Shown: positions 41,443 through 50,664 of the stretch, in pieces
How the letters are laid out: every line of letters starts with the position of its first letter
Position numbering within the stretch: position 1 is the first letter of the stretch
Origin: a virus
Lineage: Duplodnaviria; Caudoviricetes
Reading direction: 5' to 3' (one strand)
Virus record (IMG/VR): IMGVR_UViG_3300033076_001145
Location: 64,001-128,000 of that record
Length of the DNA: 64,000 bases
Program-made: the position numbers and the translations under genes
The notes under the pieces: model-generated
Seen by the model: the letters and a program-made list of their open reading frames with translations, nothing else
Told to the model about the DNA's origin: nothing
The model's database searches: none

Positions 41443-42228
41443 ATGGACAAAGTATTAAAAGATTTCATATTCCAACAACTATATGAAGAATTGAGTAATG
41501 TGGAGATTATTCCATATAACTACTCCATTTGGTTTATTGACCGAAAAAACGAATATTGGTATTTTGAATTTGAAAAGGATGGAATGTTGTGGTGGAGATA
41601 TGGATTCTTTCTCAGTTTTTTTAAAGTGTTCTCCCTTAGTGATACCGATTTTGAACCCATTCTATCCGCTTGGGTGGAAGAGGTCTTAAATCATAAGGTA
41701 TCTACAACAGGTCGGGAGAAACCAAGGCAACTTTTTCTGGTGGAAGAGGTCCTAAATCATAAGGTATCTACAACCCAAACTTGTTCATATGGTTTGCCTG
41801 AGTGGGTGGAAGAGGTCTTAAATCATAAGGTATCTACAACCCACAATTGCCACGATATTCTACCAGCAGTGGTGGAAGAGGTCCTAAATCATAAGGTATC
41901 TGCAACTCGGCATTTTGACAACCGTTCTCATCCGTTGGTGGAAGAGGTCTTAAATCATAAGGTATCTACAACTTCTCTGAATTCAGGCCAAATGATTGGT
42001 ATGGTGGAAGAGGTATTAAATCATAAGGTATCTACAACCCAAGTCAGGGAGAACAAAGAATCGGTCATGGTGGAAGAGGTCCTAAATTATAAGGTATCAA
42101 CAACTGAGGACCGCATTTCTCAAAACCCAAGGAAGGTGGAAGAGGTCTTAAATCATAAGGTATCCTCAACCTACTTCGATTGGGATAAAAAGGTAATTTT
42201 GGTGGAAGAGGTATTAAAACAAAAATAA
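41443..42228 (+). CDS. Array-containing protein 1: about 77-aa aromatic N-domain plus 8 x (VEEVLNHKVSTT + 10 variable aa)
   Basis: Open frame through the whole array; 22-aa period. Confidence 0.85.
   Translation: MDKVLKDFIFQQLYEELSNVEIIPYNYSIWFIDRKNEYWYFEFEKDGMLWWRYGFFLSFFKVFSLSDTDFEPILSAWVEEVLNHKVSTTGREKPRQLFLVEEVLNHKVSTTQTCSYGLPEWVEEVLNHKVSTTHNCHDILPAVVEEVLNHKVSATRHFDNRSHPLVEEVLNHKVSTTSLNSGQMIGMVEEVLNHKVSTTQVRENKESVMVEEVLNYKVSTTEDRISQNPRKVEEVLNHKVSSTYFDWDKKVILVEEVLKQK
41673..42218 (+). CRISPR. CRISPR-like array 1: 8 full repeats plus 1 truncated, 8 unique 30-nt spacers
   Basis: Repeat GGTGGAAGAGGTC(T/C)TAAATCATAAGGTATCTACAAC at 41673, 41739, 41805, 41871, 41937, 42003, 42069, 42135, truncated at 42201. 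Exact 66-nt period. Confidence 0.75.
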
Positions 42229-42229
42229 A

Positions 42230-43081
42230 ATGGATAAAATATTAAAAGATTTTATATATCAACAACTATACGAAGAATTGAGTAATGTGGAGATAATTCC
42301 ACATAAGGATTCCATTTGGTTTATTGACCGAGAAAATGAGTATTGGTATTTTGAATTTGATAAGTCAGGAACATTATGGTGGAGATATCATTTCTTTACC
42401 TCGTTTTTTGAGATGTTCTCTATGAAACGCAATGAGTTTACACCCATTCTGTCCGATTGGGTGGAAGAGGTCCTAAATTATAAGGTATCTACAACGACCT
42501 TGATTAGCAAAGGATGCACGGACGAGGTGGAAGAGGTCCTAAATCATAAGGTAACTACAACAAATTTACATACGACACCTGTCCCTGGTAAGGTGGAAGA
42601 GGTCTTAAATCATAAGGTATCCACAACTTTGTCAGCCAATCTCTTGGCACCTTTAATGGTGGAAGAGGTCCTAAATCATAAGGTATCTACAACACGCTGT
42701 ACGGTAATTTATACAACTTCGCTGGTGGAAGAGGTCTTAAATCATAAGGTATCCACATCCAACGCCAAAGAAATTTTACAAAAGCAAACGGTGGAGGATG
42801 TCCTAAATCATAAGGTATCTACAACAATGGCCATCCAATCTTGCAAAGAGAATTGGGTGGAAGAGGTCTTAAATCATAAGGTAATAGAAACCCAAACAGG
42901 GAACGCACCTCCATTGTCATTTGTGAAGGATGTTTTAGATTATAAAGTAACCAAAACTAAAAGAGATTCATCAGTTGATTGGGTTAATGTGGAAGAGATA
43001 TTAACTCATAAGGTATCCTCAACACAAGGATGGGGAGTTGAGGATTGTCACTTGGTTGGGAAGATATTAAATCAAAAATAA
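42230..43081 (+). CDS. Array-containing protein 2: same N-domain plus 9 repeat/variable units
   Basis: Open frame through the whole array; paralog of 41443-42228. Confidence 0.85.
   Translation: MDKILKDFIYQQLYEELSNVEIIPHKDSIWFIDRENEYWYFEFDKSGTLWWRYHFFTSFFEMFSMKRNEFTPILSDWVEEVLNYKVSTTTLISKGCTDEVEEVLNHKVTTTNLHTTPVPGKVEEVLNHKVSTTLSANLLAPLMVEEVLNHKVSTTRCTVIYTTSLVEEVLNHKVSTSNAKEILQKQTVEDVLNHKVSTTMAIQSCKENWVEEVLNHKVIETQTGNAPPLSFVKDVLDYKVTKTKRDSSVDWVNVEEILTHKVSSTQGWGVEDCHLVGKILNQK
42460..43073 (+). CRISPR. CRISPR-like array 2: 9 repeats plus 1 truncated, 9 unique 30-nt spacers, decaying toward the 3' end
   Basis: Repeats at 42460, 42526, 42592, 42658, 42724, 42790, 42856, 42922 (degenerate), 42988 (degenerate), 43054 (truncated and degenerate). 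Confidence 0.75.
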
Positions 43082-43082
43082 A

Positions 43083-43718
43083 ATGGATAAAATATTAAAA
43101 GATTTTATATATCAACAATTATACGAGGAGTTATCAAATGTGGAAATTATTCATCATGGTAAATCAATATGGTTTATTGATAGGGATAATAAATACTGGT
43201 ACTTTGAGCTTGACACATTTAGTAACACTTTATGGTGGAGGTATGATTTCTTTGTATCGTTTTTCAAGGTATTTTCAATGGATAATGAAAAATTCACTCC
43301 AATTATTGCAAATTGGGTTGCAAATATATTAAGTGGTGATTTTGAAGTGTCGAAAAAAGGTTCGGAATTAATTGATGAGGATGGTGTTATAAATAATATT
43401 CTAAATAATAATGGAGTTACTCTTATACCAGCAAATGATGGTATATTTAATAACAGTAGAGCGGAAATTGTAATCAAATCGGAACCTGCAAGTAGGGATT
43501 GGAAGATAGGTGAAGTATTAAAAACTATATCTAAAACCTCACCTCCTTGGGCCTCTCTTATGGTTAATCAAATATTAAAATCCTCATCATCAGTTACTGT
43601 AAATAAAGTATCCAGCTTAGGGAGTTTCCGACAACAATATCATGTGGATGAGGTATTAAAAACAAAATCGTTGTCATACTATCCTGATAGTGTAATAGAT
43701 TCGGTATTAAATAAATAA
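43083..43718 (+). CDS. Third paralog with the same N-domain and an eroded repeat region
   Basis: First about 75 aa match 42230. Remnants include WVANILS, IGEVLKT, MVNQILK..NKVSS, VDEVLKTK and IDSVLNK. Confidence 0.75.
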   Translation: MDKILKDFIYQQLYEELSNVEIIHHGKSIWFIDRDNKYWYFELDTFSNTLWWRYDFFVSFFKVFSMDNEKFTPIIANWVANILSGDFEVSKKGSELIDEDGVINNILNNNGVTLIPANDGIFNNSRAEIVIKSEPASRDWKIGEVLKTISKTSPPWASLMVNQILKSSSSVTVNKVSSLGSFRQQYHVDEVLKTKSLSYYPDSVIDSVLNK

Positions 43719-43723
43719 AGTAA

Positions 43724-45947
43724 TTAACGACATTCCCTCTGATAAGTATTCTTTAAGTGCTCGGTGAATTTTTTACTAGCATAATCCACCATTAACTTAT
43801 AAGACTCTCCCCACTCAACAGTATTTTCATCCATATCGGAGAAGAAGTCCCAATACATAGATGTTATGGCTTTTTCAATTACCGTTTCAACATATTGTTC
43901 CTTTGACAATCCACAAACATTATATTGAACTTTAACTTCTTTAATTGCAAAATCAATCTGCCAATCAATTGCGTGTAGTCTTCTTTTAACACTATTTGGG
44001 ACCTCTGTTGATTCTTTTAATACTCTCTTTATGGATTCTCTGAGTTTCATATTATTATAAATATATTTATATTTATTAAATTATGAAGGATGACAATCAA
44101 TTAGAGGAACTTGTATTTGCATATCTTAATGCTCAGGACTTTGAAATTATCCATAAAGAAGGTTATCATAAATACGCATACTTTGTTTATGACAAGGATG
44201 ACGCTCACGCTCAGATAATGTATCACAAAACCTTTGTTGTGATTTCTAAAGAGTTGTCGGATGAAATTAATTCTTATTTCAATGTTCCTTCAGGTGATAA
44301 CGCATCAGTTGAAATTAAAAATTGGATTGAGTCAAAGTTAAACACTAAAATTGATATTTGGGATGTTAAAATATATGGTGGAATGATGGGCGATGCCTGG
44401 TTATCTGTTAATGAGGATTAAAATATCATATCTTCATCCATTTTATCCTGAATATCTTGTTGAGCAATAGGTAATAGTTCATTCATAATGATGTCATATA
44501 CACCTGGTAAATAAACTTCATCATACCAACTAAACAACTCTTCAACACTATCAAATCTTGTTTTGTCTTGTAACACTTTGAAATAGTCTCCTTCCCCAGC
44601 GATTTCAACAACTACCTGTTTACCAATTTTTCTACTTCTATCCTCCAAAGAAAACCAATCAATTTCAACAGGTGTATAATCAAGTCCATCCCAAAATGGT
44701 GTGGCCATTGCCGTAATAAGTTCAGTATAATTAGGGAGAAATTCTCCCGTTTTAATCTCACCATCCCAATAAAAAATACCATCCAAATTTGTTTGTATAT
44801 TAAATTCATTGTAGGTATCTTTCAATTTACCTTTTTCTAAATTTTCAATTAATAATTCGTTCGCAATTTTTGAATTGATTTCAATTTTTGAAAGTTTGAC
44901 TAATTGTGTCGTACTAACACCAAGGTATTTTTTTGCTTCATATATACCAACCTCGTCAATTAGTTCAAGAATAGAATTTTGAAATTTATCTTCAGAATCT
45001 TCTCTTAATATTTTTCTTATGTTATCCCTTAGATTCATATCATTATAAATACCACTTAAAATGAAAACCCCACTGAGTAGCGAATTCAATGGGGTTAATG
45101 TAGCCTAAACTACAGCGGTCCTAAGCCCACTTTCTTTAATCATAATCTTTTAAATTATACTTATCAATTATCTGTTGGAATATTTGATTTCTATATGTTT
45201 TTGCTAATGTTTCTCTTTTTGGTATAAAAGAATATCCAAATCCCGAACTTCCACTCATTCCTACGACTCTCCAAACAACTCTTCCGTCTACGTAATTAAC
45301 TTTTCGTAATCTAGCATCAAAAGAATATTGCATGTCATTTTTCCTACCAAATTTAAACTTACCTAATTTTTTTTCATCTTTACCAAAATCCTCCAAATTT
45401 AAGTGTTGGACAAGATTGTCATCAAAATACATATTAACCTCATTACCTTCTCTAATATAATAAGGTCCAACATTTTCATTTTTGTAAAATTCCTTTAGGT
45501 TTCCACCATAAACCATTTTTATGTAGTTTGAGACACTACCAAACATTCTTTCAATCTGATACCAACCTATTTCATTATAAAGACCTTTTAAGTCGTTATC
45601 TGACGGCTCTTCAGTTTCTTCTTTTAATATTTTCTTAATTAAATCTTTCATTAAAAAAATATAAAAATTTTATTTGGTAATATACTATGTTTCTTTTGAA
45701 AGTATTTTTTCAAATATACCTCGTTATCGTCGTTGGTCATTTTTCTTATTTGTCTCAAAAACTCGTATTCAACCCATGTATTGTAGTTTATTTCACTAAC
45801 TTCAAACACAGTATTACCATTACTATCCTGAAACTTAATTTTGTCAGGAAACAATACTTGTTTTAACTCACCGTATTCATCTTCAACAAACATGTCAATT
45901 AAATTGACCATAGCTTCTTCAATATGTTTCTCTTTTGACTCACTCAT
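43724..45947. CDS. Cluster of hypothetical paralog-family genes (43724-44050 -, 44083-44421 +, 44418-45038 -, 45136-45651 -, 45651-45947 -)
   Basis: IKRVLKE / IRKILRE / IKKILKEE leaders; 44083 resembles 38034 (YLNAQDF..YFV...AQI...WIESKL). Confidence 0.55.
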
Positions 45948-46334
45948 ATCTAAATAAATATTACCTCAACCATTTGACACTACAATTAATATTTCATATC
46001 TTTGAAAAAACAACTAATAATAAAAAATACTATGGGAAAAGGTTCAATTAAAGGTCGCTACGTATGTAAGGTAGGGTTTTATGATGTTTATGCTAAAGAC
46101 AATCTAAAGCCAGCAAAAGAGAGTAAAAATAAATGGGCAATCGGTGAGGTTATCTCAACTGATTACATCATCTATCACTCTAAGAAAATGGTAGAAAAAG
46201 GACTCCACACCAAAGAATTGGCAGTTAATAAAGCCAAAGAACTTTTGGGAGTCAAATACCGACAACAATACGGCCTGTGAGAATAAGAAACCCTTCGTAA
46301 TGAAGGGTTTTTAATTTATTAAGTATTTATAATT

Positions 46335-47048
46335 ATGTCAAAATATACCCAAGAGGAAATGTCAGTAATATCATCAATGATGATTACATTATTAGATGAT
46401 TATGATTATCACGGTATAACAATTCGTTTTTCAGGTGATTATAGTAAAAAGAGGATTTATGGTGTTGATTATCAACTTCCTGTATTTAAAATTGACAATC
46501 CAAATGATTTACCGTATTCAATGCCGACTATTATATTGGAATGGGCAGATGAAGAATTAGGTAATATAGGAAAACTTATTAATATACCTGATTTAAGATG
46601 GGAAAGGGAATTTTTGAAATTCTTTAATAAAACTGATAGGGATTACTACATTCCACCCAAAATGAAACAAGGAATTAAAAAGTGCTTAAACACTCCTGAG
46701 GTTGATGTTAAATTTAGAAAAGGTAATACTATATACACTGTTACTGGGTCATTTTCTACAGATGCAGGTTTTGAGATGTATTGGGACAGCTCCGAGGATT
46801 TCAGAATTTTTGTTGATTTTAATATAAGTAAAGTATGGATAGAGGACCTAAATTATAAAGACAAATATGGATTTTTGGAACTTGGTCCATATATTATAGA
46901 TTTACTTTACGATTTTCACTATGACGATAGTAGTATTTTTGAAGGTTTAGTTTGGCATTGTTTTGAAGATTTAATGGGATACCGTAGTTTTATTGACAGG
47001 GATTGGCAATTTATTGCAGTAACTCCAAATTTTGGTTTTCAGAAATAA
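46335..47048 (+). CDS. Hypothetical protein, paralog of 55338-56054
   Basis: Shared I(D/N)NPNDL(P/S)YS and YI(P/S)PK motifs. Confidence 0.55.
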   Translation: MSKYTQEEMSVISSMMITLLDDYDYHGITIRFSGDYSKKRIYGVDYQLPVFKIDNPNDLPYSMPTIILEWADEELGNIGKLINIPDLRWEREFLKFFNKTDRDYYIPPKMKQGIKKCLNTPEVDVKFRKGNTIYTVTGSFSTDAGFEMYWDSSEDFRIFVDFNISKVWIEDLNYKDKYGFLELGPYIIDLLYDFHYDDSSIFEGLVWHCFEDLMGYRSFIDRDWQFIAVTPNFGFQK

Positions 47049-47404
47049 TAGTTAAAAATCTTACAATCAGGATTTAAGTCTTTTAAATCAGGAAACATTA
47101 TATCACCAATACTATCGTTATTAATATGTGAAATATGTAATTCTGTAAAGTATTTGGCATACTTCTCATAAGTTTTCTTTCCTCCAATACACCAATCAAC
47201 ATCCAATATTAACTCGTCTCTTTCATCGATAATCACTTCTCTATTCTTTAGTTTTGGTAAATTAATTGATGTATTATACCCAACAAGTAATCTTTTATTT
47301 AATGTCTGTTTAATAAAATGTGACATATCTTGTTGAGAGTTCCATAACAACTTGTTATCTAAACCAATGTAAGAGAGATTGTTTTTGGCGATTATCGCTT
47401 TCAT
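47039..47404 (-). CDS. folA: Short dihydrofolate reductase
   Basis: AIIA....IGLDNKLLW...DM.HF..T....VG.NT...L.NR...IGG..Y...GD..FP. Confidence 0.8.
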   Translation of the reverse strand: MKAIIAKNNLSYIGLDNKLLWNSQQDMSHFIKQTLNKRLLVGYNTSINLPKLKNREVIIDERDELILDVDWCIGGKKTYEKYAKYFTELHISHINNDSIGDIMFPDLKDLNPDCKIFNYYF

Positions 47405-47433
47405 TTTTTTAATGTTAATTTATTATTAATTGG

Positions 47434-47835
47434 ATGATAGATGAAATTGTTAAACAGTCAATATTTAATTTATTATTTGATGACATGGATGGTGCTGAGG
47501 TCATTGACTTAGGTAAATCCATTTGGGTAATTAATAAAGAAACAAGGTATTGGTATTTCGAATATCAAACCGACACCAAAAATCTTTGGTGGAGATATGA
47601 CTTTTTCTTATCATATTTAACACCATTTGGTATGAATGAGGTTTGGTATCACATTATATTCTCCGAGTTCTTTAATTACTTCCTAAATCAAAAACAATTT
47701 AATTCGGCTGAGGTTAAAAAACTATGTGAAGGTGACTTTGTTTCGATATTGGAGATGGACCAAGTGTTATCTGATGATAGAGAACTACAAATCAAAATGA
47801 AACAAATTATAGATGAAAAAAGGTCAGATGTCTGA
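47434..47835 (+). CDS. Array-free paralog of the 41443 N-domain
   Basis: SIWVINKETRYWYFEY...LWWRYDFFLS matches SIWFIDR.NEYWYFEF...LWWRY.FF.S. Confidence 0.7.
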   Translation: MIDEIVKQSIFNLLFDDMDGAEVIDLGKSIWVINKETRYWYFEYQTDTKNLWWRYDFFLSYLTPFGMNEVWYHIIFSEFFNYFLNQKQFNSAEVKKLCEGDFVSILEMDQVLSDDRELQIKMKQIIDEKRSDV

Positions 47836-47839
47836 CCTT

Positions 47840-48844
47840 TTATATTGTATCCATACTCTCTGAGAATATAACTTCTCGAATCAATCCACAAGACTTTTTA
47901 ATTATGTTTTCAAAATAAATCTTAAAGAATTCTTTATCAACAAAAAGTCTTTCACTTCCATTATGTATTAATTTAAAAGTTCCAACTTGTTCTAAAACAT
48001 CCACTTTATTAACCACAAGATGTGTCACTCCATTAATATTACACGCTTTGATTAAATCATCTAAGTTCGTCCATCCAATTTGTCTTGGTCTTCCTGTTGT
48101 TGAGCCGTATTCATTTCCAACACCTCTAATCATTTCAAATATTTCATTTGGTTCCTCAAATTGTTTGGCCCCAACATATGTATTATAAGCTTTACAAATA
48201 CCATAAACCTTTCGTATCGATTGAGGTGGAACTCCATTCATAATCGCACTTCCAACCGTGCAGTGTGAGGATGTTACATAAGGATAATCACCCCAATCAA
48301 TATCGAGTTCAAACCCTTGTGCTCCTTCAAACAATATTTTGGTTTCTGTCTTATGTAACTCATCATAAATGTCAATCATAAATGACTCTAATATTTCAGC
48401 ATGTTCCGCTCTATTACCAACACGAGAATACTTGTCACTATAACATGGACCATTACCTGTTTTGGTTGTTCCAATCTTTGTGTCTGTTGAGTCTTTATCA
48501 ATATGTTCAGGAGTTATAATATGAACTCTCTTGTCTATAAACAAATTACCGATTACCTCGACACCCGAACTTTCGAGTTGTTGTATTTCTTGTAATAGTT
48601 TAATTGGATTGACCACACATCCAGGTCCAATGATTGATTTTACACCATTTACAATTCCTGATGGAATAAAATGTGTGACAATCTTCTTTCCGTTTTTATA
48701 GATGGTATGTCCAGCATTTCCTCCACCATTATATCTTACCACATGAGTATATTCATTTGGTATTTGACTCAATGTATTACATACTTTTCCTTTTCCAGTG
48801 TCGCCTGATTGCAAATCGACAATTACATCCGCATAATTAATCAT
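47840..48844 (-). CDS. purA: Adenylosuccinate synthetase (short form)
   Basis: GDTGKGK, GGGNAGHT, IGTT..GNGP.Y.DK, EGAQG..LDIDWG.YPYVTSS, EYG.TTGRPR. Confidence 0.92.
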   Translation of the reverse strand: MINYADVIVDLQSGDTGKGKVCNTLSQIPNEYTHVVRYNGGGNAGHTIYKNGKKIVTHFIPSGIVNGVKSIIGPGCVVNPIKLLQEIQQLESSGVEVIGNLFIDKRVHIITPEHIDKDSTDTKIGTTKTGNGPCYSDKYSRVGNRAEHAEILESFMIDIYDELHKTETKILFEGAQGFELDIDWGDYPYVTSSHCTVGSAIMNGVPPQSIRKVYGICKAYNTYVGAKQFEEPNEIFEMIRGVGNEYGSTTGRPRQIGWTNLDDLIKACNINGVTHLVVNKVDVLEQVGTFKLIHNGSERLFVDKEFFKIYFENIIKKSCGLIREVIFSESMDTI

Positions 48845-49466
48845 TTTTTTCCCATATTGTAGATTTACCTAATTCTACGATTAGTCCATCCTCGTTTATT
48901 TTTATTTTATAATTTTCTAACAAATTCTTTAATGTTTTCATATGTTTCCCTTTGATTAACCAATCGGCAAACAAATAATCTTTATTCACTTTCTTTGAAC
49001 CTGTTACCGTCTCATAGACATATCTATTATCAGTCTCCCTACTCTCATATATCTCATCGTATTTCTTCGATGGTTCTGACCATATTGTCCATCCCTCTTT
49101 AACCATTTTATCACCGTAAATTTCAGTGAATAAATCAATCTTATCTCTAAGTTCTAAATAAGGATAATGTTTTTTCATATTTGGAGTAATAAATTCTTTT
49201 TAGGATTACTGTAATCAACAAAGACTTTCATCTCATGTAATGGTCTTGCGTTTAATGATTTTAATATCATTTTACACTCTTGGGTAAATTCTTCTAGTAT
49301 TTCATATCGATTGAAATATACCTCAAACGGAACTTCCTTCATTACATAATAGAGCATAAACTTCTCATCTTTCTCAACTATTGATACACAATCGACAGGT
49401 AATTTATATTCAGGTAAAAGTTCTTCTTTTACCATCTTTAGAAAATAAATGTCTATTTCATTTAGA

Positions 49467-49910
49467 TTATTCACTAACTTGTTTTTCGTCCATTGATAGG
49501 AGTCCTTTCCCGTATTTTTCTAATCTTTCGTAATACCTATCTTTCACATAGTCATGAATTGGAATTGCTCTTCCATCACTATCAATCCTAACAAATGTGA
49601 TATATGTTTGAGTAACCGCTTCTTGGTTTCCAGTATGGACATTATGTTTTCTAACTTCAACATAGAGTTTAATTGATGTTGTTCCAAACTTATCCACCCT
49701 ACCATAAATCTTTAATAGACTACCAACCTTAACAGGACTTTTAAATATTAACTCATCAATCTTAATTGTTACCATTCTTGTGGTGTCACAGATTTGAAAT
49801 GCGTATGATGCCCCAGCTTCGTCAATAAGTCCCATCATACTTCCTCCGAACATGTTCCCACCAATTCCGAGTTCGTTACCTTTACATATGTAAGTTGTGA
49901 TTAATTCCAT
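49467..49910 (-). CDS. Hotdog-fold acyl-CoA thioesterase
   Basis: GNMFGG.MM..IDEAG, F.SPVKVG, GTTSI, TFVRID. Confidence 0.85.
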   Translation of the reverse strand: MELITTYICKGNELGIGGNMFGGSMMGLIDEAGASYAFQICDTTRMVTIKIDELIFKSPVKVGSLLKIYGRVDKFGTTSIKLYVEVRKHNVHTGNQEAVTQTYITFVRIDSDGRAIPIHDYVKDRYYERLEKYGKGLLSMDEKQVSE

Positions 49911-50614
49911 TTTTTTCTTTTTTTATCTAACCATTCTTGTTTTTTTATATCGGCAATTTCTTTACCATATTTTTCAACCCACACATCGTAAAAAGTTTTA
50001 CCATACATTGGGTTTTTGTCACCAGATATCAAATGACCTTTACCGTAAAAAGGATTTTTTTCACCGTTATAGTCTCTCCCCTCAAATGATTTTTTCAAAT
50101 TAGTTAAATGCTCTTTTGTAAATTCTTTACCCTTGTTAGATTCACTAATTTTTCTCTTAGTTTCATCATCTCTTTTTTTACCTTGTAACGGAGCAACTCC
50201 ACCATTTTTATAGTATTTTTTGAGCCCTTCACTTATCCCTTTTTTATTTTTATCAGTCAATGGGACCCCTTTAGTTTTACCTTTCTTACCAATACTAATA
50301 TTTTTTTTCCAATCAGATATTTCATCTTCACTCATATATTGTGTAATATCCCCACCAATACCACCTTCATGAACATTGTAAAAATCTTTTGACTGAACAG
50401 CATCATATTCCAAAATCCATTTCTTTTCAGATATTAATAATTCTTCTCTATTATTACAAATTTCCAAAATTTGTTTTGTAAAATTATTTTTACCGTATTT
50501 TTTTATAGCTCTTTTTATATGAACACCTGAACCAAAATAATTATCATCATTATTCATATCCAGACCAATATATTTTTTACCATTAACTAAATTTGTCGTT
50601 AAATAAATTACCAT
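49901..50614 (-). mobile_element. Free-standing GIY-YIG homing endonuclease with NUMOD3 repeats
   Basis: IYLTTNLVNGKKYIG, YFGSG, FYN..GG, ETKRKISESNKG, GEKNPFYGK. Confidence 0.85.
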
Positions 50615-50664
50615 AATATTGTTTATTTATAAATATACCACCAAACAAATTATAGTAAATATTT

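Noticed and set aside
41673-43073. Ordinary non-coding CRISPR array with a spurious ORF, or a simple tandem repeat
   Set aside because: The conserved N-domain is in frame, 17 spacers have no stop and repeat changes are synonymous-biased, so the ORF looks real. Unique fixed-length spacers argue against slippage repeats.
41443-43081. Diversity-generating retroelement as source of the variable segments
   Set aside because: Variable segments differ at all bases rather than only at adenines, and no template repeat or reverse transcriptase is seen in the window.
47840-48844. Possible PurZ (Z-genome pathway)
   Set aside because: The catalytic Asp of PurA is retained (GDTGKGK) rather than the Ser typical of PurZ, and no datZ/mazZ-like neighbours are evident.
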